Both the position numbers and the translations under genes were made by a program. Below, piece after piece: positions 9,318 through 18,166 of a stretch of DNA of 64,000 nucleotides. Origin of the DNA: Bacilli bacterium. Its GTDB lineage: Bacteria > Bacillota_I > Bacilli_A > RF39 > UBA660. Below the pieces are notes generated by a model. It was not told the DNA's origin. It ran no database searches and saw only the letters and a program-made list of their open reading frames with translations. The stretch lies in the NCBI GenBank assembly GCA_900753325.1, contig CAADYO010000009.1, forward strand, positions 2,333 to 66,332. The letters are read 5' to 3'. Position 1 is the stretch's first letter. Each line of letters starts with the position of its first letter.

Positions 9318-10061
9318 TCAGCTATTTTGAATTGGGTCAAGTTTTTTTGATATTTTATCAATGATTTCTACTGATATTGCTTGATATCCATAACGATTTG
9401 GATAAATACTTTGTTTTCTAGAACGATAACTTTTGTTATTTTTAAATATAGAATATGTATCAATATAAATTACATCTTTATTTTTTCTGAAAATATCATT
9501 TAACTTTATTATGCCTTTATTTTGTGGGCTATTATTATCATAAATATTATAATAACCTATTACATATATATCATATTGATAGTATTTTTTTATTTCAATT
9601 ATCAATTCTTTAAAAGACTTTTCAATATTGTTTATTATTATATCAATATTATTATTTGTAACATTATCACTTATACTTAATTGATATAGTAGATCGTTTA
9701 AACCGATTGACAATGTTAGAATTGTACTTTCTCGTAATGTTTGTCTTATATTTAACTCATGATTGTTTAAATTTATTTTTTTATTAGTTCCTATCATTTC
9801 TTTTAAACTGGTTATGGACATAGTTTCCTCTGAAAATGATTTTATATATTTATTCAAATAATTATTTTTTTGTAGATAATCTTTTACATAATCACTATAA
9901 CCATAATCTATTTGTCCATAGGAGTCTTTTCCTAGAGCAAAACCATCTCCTAATGAAAGATAACTTTGATTATTTTGATTGTTTATTTTGAATATTAAAA
10001 ATATTAAAATTATTACTAATATAGTAATTATTAATTTATAATGTTTTTTTAGGAACTTCAT
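9318..10061 (-). CDS. SGNH/GDSL-like hydrolase-fold lipoprotein (block I Ser replaced by Gly; possibly non-catalytic)
   Basis: 247 aa with N-terminal TM/signal. LSLGDGFALG resembles GDSL block I but has G instead of the nucleophilic S. GLNDL resembles block III GxND. Confidence 0.4.
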   Translation of the reverse strand: MKFLKKHYKLIITILVIILIFLIFKINNQNNQSYLSLGDGFALGKDSYGQIDYGYSDYVKDYLQKNNYLNKYIKSFSEETMSITSLKEMIGTNKKINLNNHELNIRQTLRESTILTLSIGLNDLLYQLSISDNVTNNNIDIIINNIEKSFKELIIEIKKYYQYDIYVIGYYNIYDNNSPQNKGIIKLNDIFRKNKDVIYIDTYSIFKNNKSYRSRKQSIYPNRYGYQAISVEIIDKISKKLDPIQNS

Positions 10062-10096
10062 ATGGCCTCCAAATAAAAAGAAATATAACTATTAAA

Positions 10097-11350
10097 TTAT
10101 ATTTCTTTTATTTGTATTTTAGCACCTACTTCAGATAATTTTTCAACTATATCTTCATAACCTCTCAATATATGTTCAGCATTTGTTATTACTGTTTTTC
10201 CTTCGGCTTTTAAGCCTGCTGCAACCATAGCAGCTCCGGCTCTTAAGTCTGTAGCAACCACTTGACAACCTGTTAATTTTGTTGGACCTAATATTGTTGC
10301 GGTTTGATTTTTTACAGTAACATCAGCGCCTAACTCTTTTAGATATGGAATATGCATAAATCTATTTTCCCAAATTGTTTCAATTACTTTTGACTTTCCT
10401 GCACATTGTGTTAAAAGTACAGTAAACGGCTGTTGAAGGTCCGTTGGAAAACCTGGATATACAGCTGTTTTTATTGTGGTAGACTTATATTTGTCTTGGC
10501 TATTTATTATTACGTAGTCTGAACCCAACTCTAGATTTACACCAATTTCTTCTAATTTTGAAAGAAGGGCATCTAGGTGTTCTGGAATAATATTATCAAT
10601 TTTTAGTGGAGCACCAATTAAAGCACCAATTATAATATAGGTTCCAGCTTCTATACGATCCGGTATTACTTCGTGAAAGCATTGATGGAGATAATCTACT
10701 CCTTCTATTTTTATAGTTGATGTACCAGCTCCTGTAATTTTTGCTCCCATATTATTTAGGAAAGTTGCGACATTTACAATTTCTGGCTCTTTAGCAGCAT
10801 TATCGATAATTGTTTTACCTTTAGCTTTAACAGCTGCTAACATAATATTTATAGTTGCTCCAACTGATGCGATATCTAAATAAATATTTGCTCCTTTTAA
10901 TTCTTTAGCCTCTACTGTATACTTGTTCTTATCAACTGTTACAGTAGCACCTAAAGCTTCAAAACCTTTTAAGTGTAAGTCTATTGGCCTTGCACCTATT
11001 GAACAACCTCCTGGAAAATACATTACGGCTTTTCCATATTTTCCAAGTAGTGCTCCCATAAAGTAGTATGATGCTCTTAGCTTTTTAGAAAACTGTTCTG
11101 TTATTTCAATGTTTTTCATATTTGCTGGGTTAATTATTATGCTTTCACTAGCTCTTTTTATATCAACATTTAGTGTTTTTAAAATTGCACATAAATCATT
11201 GGTATCTGTTATTTCTGGGACATTACAAATCGTTACTTCTTCATCTGATAAGACTGCGGCCGGTATAAGGGCAACTGTTGCATTTTTTGCTCCGGATACT
11301 CTTATTGATCCAGTTAATTTGTGTCCTCCATCAATTTCGATAATTTTCAT
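10097..11350 (-). CDS. murA: UDP-N-acetylglucosamine 1-carboxyvinyltransferase MurA
   Basis: 417 aa; MKIIEIDGGHKLTGSIRVSGAKNATVALIPAAVL is full-length EPT-fold. Confidence 0.9.
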   Translation of the reverse strand: MKIIEIDGGHKLTGSIRVSGAKNATVALIPAAVLSDEEVTICNVPEITDTNDLCAILKTLNVDIKRASESIIINPANMKNIEITEQFSKKLRASYYFMGALLGKYGKAVMYFPGGCSIGARPIDLHLKGFEALGATVTVDKNKYTVEAKELKGANIYLDIASVGATINIMLAAVKAKGKTIIDNAAKEPEIVNVATFLNNMGAKITGAGTSTIKIEGVDYLHQCFHEVIPDRIEAGTYIIIGALIGAPLKIDNIIPEHLDALLSKLEEIGVNLELGSDYVIINSQDKYKSTTIKTAVYPGFPTDLQQPFTVLLTQCAGKSKVIETIWENRFMHIPYLKELGADVTVKNQTATILGPTKLTGCQVVATDLRAGAAMVAAGLKAEGKTVITNAEHILRGYEDIVEKLSEVGAKIQIKEI

Positions 11351-11377
11351 TCTACACCTCCATTTACCTAATATATT

Positions 11378-12232
11378 TTATATCTTTGTACCAAATAAGG
11401 TTACAATTTCCGCTATTTTTTCTTTTATTGCACTTTCACCTGAGGAAATAATTTTTCTTGGGTCATAGACAGTTTCATTTTCTTTTAAATATTTTCTTAC
11501 AGCTTTACTCCATACTGATTGTAATTCGGTATTAATATTGATTTTTGATATACCTGATGAGATAGCCTTTCTTATTTTCTCCTCTGGTATTCCTGTTCCT
11601 CCATGTAATACTAATGGTATAGGTAAATTGTTATTTATTTCTTGCATTGTTTCAAAGTCTAAATTAGCCTCACCTTTATAAAAGCCATGAACGCTTCCTA
11701 GAGCTGGAGCTAATGAATCTATGCCAGTATTTTCATATAGAGTAATGCAATCTTTTAAGGTAGCATTGGTAGCGGCACTTGTAATATTATCCTCTGTTCC
11801 GCCTATATGACCAACTTCAGCTTCTACACTAATACCTCTTTGATGAGCATACTCCACTACTTCTTTTGTTATTTTTATATTTTCTTCTAATTCATGTCTT
11901 GAGGCATCTATCATTACGGAAGTAAATCCAGCATCTATTGCTTTAATACAATTTTCAACACTACTTCCATGATCTAAATGTAGGCAAACGGGAATTTTTA
12001 TATCTAATGTTTTAATAAGGGCATCTACCATATTACTTACTACTAGATAGCCACCCATATATTTTGCAGCACCTTCGCTTACTCCTAAAATTACTGGTAC
12101 ATTTAATTCATTACATTTTTCTAATATGTATTTTGCCCATTCTAAATTATTAATATTTAAATGGGGAACGGCATAATGATTTGTTTTAGCTTTTAATAGC
12201 ATTTCATTAAAGTTTACTAGCACGCTTATCAC
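11378..12232 (-). CDS. fba: Class II fructose-1,6-bisphosphate aldolase
   Basis: 284 aa; VPVILGVSEGAAKYMGG and HLDHGSS zinc-binding motifs. Confidence 0.9.
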   Translation of the reverse strand: MISVLVNFNEMLLKAKTNHYAVPHLNINNLEWAKYILEKCNELNVPVILGVSEGAAKYMGGYLVVSNMVDALIKTLDIKIPVCLHLDHGSSVENCIKAIDAGFTSVMIDASRHELEENIKITKEVVEYAHQRGISVEAEVGHIGGTEDNITSAATNATLKDCITLYENTGIDSLAPALGSVHGFYKGEANLDFETMQEINNNLPIPLVLHGGTGIPEEKIRKAISSGISKININTELQSVWSKAVRKYLKENETVYDPRKIISSGESAIKEKIAEIVTLFGTKI

Positions 12233-12308
12233 CCAATTAAATCATAAAAAAATATGATTGTTTTGTCAATCATTTAGGCTAATTATTAAGTAAATATCCG
12301 TAAATTCT

Positions 12309-12839
12309 TTAGATAAAGAAATATTTTAGGGCTAATAGAAATAAAATTACTATTCCAAAATAAATTGCTTTTTTTTCGAATTTTTTTGATAGGTATTTTC
12401 CAATGAGTAATCCTAGTAGTGTAAATATTGCGCTTGTTATGGAAAAAATAATAAAGGCTAAATATAAATTGTTATTTAGCAAGCTTAAAGCTAGACCTAC
12501 GGAAAAACTATCTAAACTTACGGTAAGAGAAAAGAATATGATTGATAATATATTAGTAATTGGACATTTTATTTCTTCATCTTTTGATAAATACATTTCT
12601 ATTGCTAGAATTAAAAATATCATTCCAACTATTATATTGGAACTATTAATAATAAAGTCTAACTTTTTACCAACTATTGATCCTATTAAGGGCATGGCAT
12701 AATGGAATAAACCTACTGACATACTTAACATTATTGTTTTTTTCATACTTATTCCATTTGTTGCATAAGCAATAGCTAGAGAAAAGGCATCCATGCTTAG
12801 ACCTACTGCAATAAAAAAATATATAAGTGCTTGATACAT
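12309..12839 (-). CDS. mntP: Manganese efflux pump MntP family (DUF204)
   Basis: 176 aa with 6 TM segments and two internal repeats: GLSMDAFSLAIAYATNG and VSLDSFSVGLALSL. Confidence 0.7.
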   Translation of the reverse strand: MYQALIYFFIAVGLSMDAFSLAIAYATNGISMKKTIMLSMSVGLFHYAMPLIGSIVGKKLDFIINSSNIIVGMIFLILAIEMYLSKDEEIKCPITNILSIIFFSLTVSLDSFSVGLALSLLNNNLYLAFIIFSITSAIFTLLGLLIGKYLSKKFEKKAIYFGIVILFLLALKYFFI

Positions 12840-12872
12840 TATATCACCTTATATATTTTATTCTTTTAATTA

Positions 12873-13394
12873 TTAAAAATACTTATCTATTATCTCTTTA
12901 ATAAATGATGTATATTCTACATCGTCTTTTTCTGTTTCTTCTGCTTCTAATAAGCATAATGGTGGGAATAATACACACCAGAAATTATCACCTAGGCCGT
13001 CGCCTAATGTTATTACAAGAGACTCATATTCTCCCTCTTCATAGACGATATTTTTATATTCTTTTTCTGGAAAATAATTTTTTCCATAATTGATACTATA
13101 ATTATCTTTATATGACTCATTAGAAATTGTTTGCTCTACTACTTTTTCAAAATTATGAATATTTTTATTAATTATTTCCCTAGAAGTTTTTATATTCTTA
13201 GAATAGTTATTAATAGTGCGAATTTCATTTTGAAGGTTGTTTACGACTTGTTTTTTTACTTGTTGATCGTTTTCACTGTTACTATTAGCAATTACTCTAA
13301 ATCTTATGGAGTTTTTGGGTATAATAGTTTTTTCACTCTTTGTAAATGATAATAGTGCAATTAATATGCTTAAAATTATTATGGCTTTTTTCAT
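12873..13394 (-). CDS. spoIIR: SpoIIR-family secreted signalling protein (stage II sporulation protein R-like)
   Basis: 173 aa with signal peptide. IRFRVIANSNSENDQQVKKQVVNNL matches the hallmark RLHVIANSDSxxDQxLK block of SpoIIR, and WCVLFPPLC matches its C-terminal conserved region. Confidence 0.6.
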   Translation of the reverse strand: MKKAIIILSILIALLSFTKSEKTIIPKNSIRFRVIANSNSENDQQVKKQVVNNLQNEIRTINNYSKNIKTSREIINKNIHNFEKVVEQTISNESYKDNYSINYGKNYFPEKEYKNIVYEEGEYESLVITLGDGLGDNFWCVLFPPLCLLEAEETEKDDVEYTSFIKEIIDKYF

Positions 13395-13440
13395 ATTAAA
13401 ACCTCACTTTCATTTTAATAGTGAGGTCATTTTATTTTTT

Positions 13441-14265
13441 TTATACAAGATTTTTAAAAATAAATATCATACGGTCTCTTTCAGATAAATCTTTATAAAC
13501 TTCTACTTTTACGTCTTCTAAGTTTTCAGCTATTATTCTTTTGATGTTTTCGGCTTGGGTCATCCCTATTTCAAAAGCTACTAGGCATTTGTCTTTCATA
13601 TGACTTTTTATGGACTTAAGTATTTTTCGGTAGCAATCTAGGCCATCTTCTCCTGCATATAACGCAATACTTGGTTCATTATTTTTAACTATTGCCTCTA
13701 TTTCTTCAGTCGTTTTTATGTATGGTGGGTTACTGATAATTATGTCATACTTTTTGTCCACATTTTCAAACATGTCACTGTGGATTAAATTGGCCTTTGA
13801 ATTTAGTTTTACACAGTTTTGGTGGGTAACTTCTAGGGCTTTTTCACTAATATCGACTAAATCCACAGAATTTGTGGAAAGTTTTTTTTCTAGAGTTAGC
13901 CCTATTGCTCCTGTACCTGTTCCTAAATCTATTATATCCACAGGTTTTGTGAAAAACTTTTTTGAAAAATTAATTGTTTTTTCTACTAATTCTTCTGTTT
14001 CATATCTTGGTATTAGAACATTTTCATTAACAATGAATTGATTTCCATAAAAGTTAACATAGCCAATTACATATTGTAAAGGTTTACCTTCTTCTAAAGC
14101 CTTAACTGCTTCTTTATAAAGTTTTGTTGTTTTTTCATCCACTTGATAGTCTAAATAGTTTAATAATTCTAGAGCATTTTTATGTAGTAATTCTGCTAAT
14201 AATAGTTTAGCATGATCTGAATGAATGTGTTGCTTAGCAAAAAACAGAAGATCTTCTACTGTCAT
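13441..14265 (-). CDS. prmC: Release-factor glutamine N5-methyltransferase PrmC (HemK)
   Basis: 274 aa; SAM motif DLGTGTGAIG and NPPY. It is translationally coupled to prfA (shared ATGA). Confidence 0.85.
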   Translation of the reverse strand: MTVEDLLFFAKQHIHSDHAKLLLAELLHKNALELLNYLDYQVDEKTTKLYKEAVKALEEGKPLQYVIGYVNFYGNQFIVNENVLIPRYETEELVEKTINFSKKFFTKPVDIIDLGTGTGAIGLTLEKKLSTNSVDLVDISEKALEVTHQNCVKLNSKANLIHSDMFENVDKKYDIIISNPPYIKTTEEIEAIVKNNEPSIALYAGEDGLDCYRKILKSIKSHMKDKCLVAFEIGMTQAENIKRIIAENLEDVKVEVYKDLSERDRMIFIFKNLV

Positions 14266-15332
14266 TATTCTTCTGTTTCTCCTTTTAGTTTACGTTTTTG
14301 GTCTTCTTGGATTAAAGCATTAATAATATCGTCAAGATCTCCATCCATAACGCGATCTAGATTCTTCGTAGTGTAGCCAATTCTATGGTCTGTTACACGA
14401 TTTTGTGGATAATTATAAGTCCTTATTTTTTCGGCACGATCACCAGTACCGATTTTACTACGTCTTTCGGTTCCTTCTTCTTCTAATTTTTTTTGCTGCT
14501 CTAGCTCATAAAGCCTTGTTTTTAATACTTTCATAGCTTGTTCTTTATTTTGAATTTGACTACGTTCATTTTGGCATGTTACAACGGTATTTGTTGGTAG
14601 ATGGGTAATTCTAACTGCAGAGTCAGTTGTATTTACTCCTTGTCCTCCACAACCCGATGAACGATAAATATCGATTCTTAAATCATTTGGATTTATTTCA
14701 ATATCGATATCTTCGTCAGCTTCTGGCATTACTAATACTGTTGCAGTTGATGTTTGTAATCTTCCGTTTGACTCTGTAACTGGTACTCTTTGTACTCTGT
14801 GTGAACCTGACTCATATTTTAAAAGCGAATACGCATTATCGCCTTTTATAATTAATTCAATTTGACTGAATCCTCCAGCCGTTCCTTCTACAGAGTTATA
14901 TACTTGATATGAAAAGCCTTTCTTTTCAGCATATCTTGTATACATTCTAAATAAATCACCAGCAAAAATATTAGCTTCATCTCCACCGGCTGCTCCTCTT
15001 ATTTCCATAACAACATTTTTATCATCGTTAGGATCCTTTGGTATTAATAAAACTTCTAATTCACTGTCTAGTGCAGTCTTTTCTTCTTCTAGTTGTTTTA
15101 GTTCTTCTTTAGCCATTTCACCAATTTCTGGATCCTTAAGCATTTCCTTAGCTTGGTTAATATCTTCTAAGACTTTTTTATATTTTTTATAGCAGGTAAC
15201 AATTTCTTCTAAGGAAGCCATTTCTTTAGAATATTCTCTTGTTTTTTTGATATCACTTAGAACTTCTGGTTTAGTTAATTCTTGTTCTAGTTGTTCATAC
15301 TTTTCTAAAGTTGCCTCTAATCTTTCTATCAT
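14265..15332 (-). CDS. prfA: Peptide chain release factor 1
   Basis: 355 aa; GGQ loop (RSSGCGGQGVNTTDSAVRITHLPT) and RF1-type PxT region. Confidence 0.9.
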   Translation of the reverse strand: MIERLEATLEKYEQLEQELTKPEVLSDIKKTREYSKEMASLEEIVTCYKKYKKVLEDINQAKEMLKDPEIGEMAKEELKQLEEEKTALDSELEVLLIPKDPNDDKNVVMEIRGAAGGDEANIFAGDLFRMYTRYAEKKGFSYQVYNSVEGTAGGFSQIELIIKGDNAYSLLKYESGSHRVQRVPVTESNGRLQTSTATVLVMPEADEDIDIEINPNDLRIDIYRSSGCGGQGVNTTDSAVRITHLPTNTVVTCQNERSQIQNKEQAMKVLKTRLYELEQQKKLEEEGTERRSKIGTGDRAEKIRTYNYPQNRVTDHRIGYTTKNLDRVMDGDLDDIINALIQEDQKRKLKGETEE

Positions 15333-15401
15333 TATATTTCACCCTTTCTCGGCTGTTTCAGTTGTATTATAGCATACTTTCCTTGAAAAAAAAACTAGAT
15401 G

Positions 15402-15845
15402 TTATTGCTCTAGTTCTAATTCATCTTCATCAATTATGACTAAATCTTTTAATTCTTCGTTTGTATCATCATTATAGTCATCATCGTCCGTATCGTCATA
15501 TGAATCTTCTTCAGTTTCATCTTGTTCATCTGGCTCTTCTTTAGTCTCTTCTATTTCTTCATCTTCTTCGTCAGTTACTTTTACGACTTTATCTGATGTA
15601 TGGCGACTACGTAAATCCCATTTACCATCTGATAGGAGAATAAATCTCTTATCTGTTGCTAGGGCTGTATAATAATCAGCTATCTTAGATTCAAACGTAC
15701 TATCTGGTAATTCTAATAATTTTATAATCTTTTTGAATAAATCTGCCGTATTCATTGACTTTTTACTTTCTTCTAATATTAAATTGGTTATATCTTTATT
15801 TGATAATAATTCTAATTCTTCTTTTGTCATTTTTTTTATGCTCAT
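15402..15845 (-). CDS. rpoE: RNA polymerase delta subunit (RpoE)
   Basis: 147 aa. N-terminal HARE-HTH-like domain, then an extremely acidic D/E-rich C-terminal tail typical of Firmicute delta. Confidence 0.7.
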   Translation of the reverse strand: MSIKKMTKEELELLSNKDITNLILEESKKSMNTADLFKKIIKLLELPDSTFESKIADYYTALATDKRFILLSDGKWDLRSRHTSDKVVKVTDEEDEEIEETKEEPDEQDETEEDSYDDTDDDDYNDDTNEELKDLVIIDEDELELEQ

Positions 15846-15956
15846 ATAGACCTCCTATATATTCAAAACATTATATGTATAAGTTCTGTTTTTTGACTGG
15901 GTAAAAAAATTACCAATAAACTTATAACATATATCTTTATTAAATACAACACTTTT

Positions 15957-17705
15957 TTACATTTTTTCTGGTACTGGTATTCCTAGTGTATTTAATAGTA
16001 ACATGTTTATATTATAAACAGTTTTTGTTAATACTAACCAAGATTCTCTTATATCAGCATTTTCCTCAGTAATTATTTTATGTTCGGCATAAAACTTATT
16101 GTATTGTGATGTCAATTTATATATATATTCAGCTATATCGTTTAAAGACCTTGCATCTAAAGACTTATTTAAAACTTGTGATAAGTTTAGAAGAGTTAAA
16201 ATGATATCTTTTTCACTTTGTGTAGTTATTTCTTTTACTTCTTCTTTTCTTAGGTCTTTAGCTCTATTTAAAAGGGATTTCATTCTAATAGTTGAATATA
16301 GTAAATATGGTCCGGTTTTTCCTTCTAAGTCGGCAAACTTTTCTACTTCAAATATGTAATCTGTTCCACGATATGGTAAAAAGTCAGCATACTTTAATGT
16401 CGCTATGGCAATTGTTTCAGCGACTTGGTCTTTTTCTTCTTTAGAAACTGTTTCTTCATTTATTCTTTTTAAAGTTTCTTCTTTTACAAGTTGAATTAAT
16501 CCTTTTAATGACATAACTCCACCATCACGTGTTTTAAAAGGCTTGCCGTCTTTTCCATTCATAGTACCAAAACCAAACCAGTCTAGCTTAGTATTTTCAT
16601 CTACTAAATTAGCCTTCCTAGCAGCTCTAAACACTTGAATAAAGTGTAATTCTTGTCTGGCATCGGTGCAATACCAAATTTCATCTGGGTTGTAGTTTTT
16701 CTTTCTTTCAAGAATGGTTGCTAAATCTGTTGTTTCATAGGAAAGGGTTCCATTTGATTTTACAAATAATAACGGTGGCATTGGTGATTTATCAGTTTCT
16801 TCTTTAACTTCTACAATTTTTGCTCCATTACTGTTTACTAATACATTAGCATCTTCATATATTTTTTCTAGTTCCTCAAAATATTCTGCAGCATCACTTT
16901 CTCCCTGCCATAATTCGAAGTGAACATTTAGTAAGTCATATACTTTTTTGATATCAGCTTTTGAAATTTCAACTACTTTTTTCCAGACATCATAGTATCC
17001 TGGAACATGATTTTGAATTTTAGCGGTAATATCTCTGGCCTCTTCTAAATAGGCCTCATCTTCTTTACTTTTTCTAGAAGCTTCTGGATAGATTTGTTCC
17101 AAGTCGTCGTTAGTAATTGGTAATTCTATTTCTTGATAATTTCCGGTATAAGTTTCATCAAAATAAGGCAGATTTGGGTAACGTTTTTTTATTTCTAAAA
17201 CGACTAAGCCTAATGGTCTTCCATAATCTCCTAAATGGGCATCTCCTAGCACTTCGTATCCTAATAAAATTGCTAGTCTTTTTAAAGCCTCGCCTATATT
17301 AGCACTTCTTAAATGTCCTACATGTAGGGCTTTAGCTACATTTGCTCCACCATAATCTAATATGACCTTCTTTTTTTCTCTTTTATCTATGACTACATTA
17401 ACATCTGTATTAATCATATTTAGTAATTTCCGTAAATATTCGTCCGTTAAAGTAATATTTATAAAACCAGGACCAGCTATATTTAAATTAGTAAATCTTG
17501 CATCTTTTTCTAATTCATTTTTAATATCTTCAGCTATCTCATGAGGATTTTTATGATAAGTTTTAGCTAAAGACATAGCATCATTTATTTGATAATCACC
17601 AAGATCTGGTCGTGATGATGGTTGCAATGTAAATTTTTCTAGGTTGTATCCTGCCTTTTCTATAATATTTTTAATATCTTTTTCTAAATCTTTAATAATA
17701 CTCAT
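15957..17705 (-). CDS. argS: Arginine--tRNA ligase
   Basis: 582 aa; class I HIGH variant HVGHLRSANIGEAL and the ArgRS anticodon-binding C-terminal domain. Confidence 0.9.
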   Translation of the reverse strand: MSIIKDLEKDIKNIIEKAGYNLEKFTLQPSSRPDLGDYQINDAMSLAKTYHKNPHEIAEDIKNELEKDARFTNLNIAGPGFINITLTDEYLRKLLNMINTDVNVVIDKREKKKVILDYGGANVAKALHVGHLRSANIGEALKRLAILLGYEVLGDAHLGDYGRPLGLVVLEIKKRYPNLPYFDETYTGNYQEIELPITNDDLEQIYPEASRKSKEDEAYLEEARDITAKIQNHVPGYYDVWKKVVEISKADIKKVYDLLNVHFELWQGESDAAEYFEELEKIYEDANVLVNSNGAKIVEVKEETDKSPMPPLLFVKSNGTLSYETTDLATILERKKNYNPDEIWYCTDARQELHFIQVFRAARKANLVDENTKLDWFGFGTMNGKDGKPFKTRDGGVMSLKGLIQLVKEETLKRINEETVSKEEKDQVAETIAIATLKYADFLPYRGTDYIFEVEKFADLEGKTGPYLLYSTIRMKSLLNRAKDLRKEEVKEITTQSEKDIILTLLNLSQVLNKSLDARSLNDIAEYIYKLTSQYNKFYAEHKIITEENADIRESWLVLTKTVYNINMLLLNTLGIPVPEKM

Positions 17706-18058
17706 TTTAGCACCTCTATTATATATATTATTTCTTCATCTTCTACCTTAAATTTTAACTCTTTTTTAGTATCACTTATATCATATTTTATTGTTTCAAT
17801 ACTTAGATTTAAGTATTTATTTAACTCTTTTACTTCAATATTTCCAATAGTCTTATTATTTAAGTCAAATGGATATGTCATTAGTATGTCTGAATTATTT
17901 CTTATTAACAAATTATTTTTCCAGTCAAAGATTACTTTAGTATTTTTTTCATCTTTCTCATGATAAATAATTTTTTCTTCGTTCATTATTGCTTTTATTT
18001 TATATGAATCTTTATTTTCATTTGAACCTACAGTTACCTTAATATTTATTTTTGGCAT
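17702..18058 (-). CDS. DUF1934 (YwiB-like) beta-barrel protein co-transcribed with argS
   Basis: 118 aa. Its stop overlaps the argS start (ATGA). Same ywiB-argS arrangement as in Bacillus. Confidence 0.55.
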   Translation of the reverse strand: MPKINIKVTVGSNENKDSYKIKAIMNEEKIIYHEKDEKNTKVIFDWKNNLLIRNNSDILMTYPFDLNNKTIGNIEVKELNKYLNLSIETIKYDISDTKKELKFKVEDEEIIYIIEVLK

Positions 18059-18166
18059 TATACCACCGCCTTAAATTTATAGTTAAGATTATAGCACAAT
18101 TCATATAAATTTGATACATATTTTATTTTTTTCATTTAATACTAATTAAAGAAGGGAGAGATTTAC

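Noticed and set aside
18059-18166. Possible T-box riboswitch leader for argS
   Set aside because: The intergenic space is only about 108 bp and is shared with the divergent PBP promoter. That is too short for a T-box (about 250 nt). No AGGGUGG/T-box consensus is visible.
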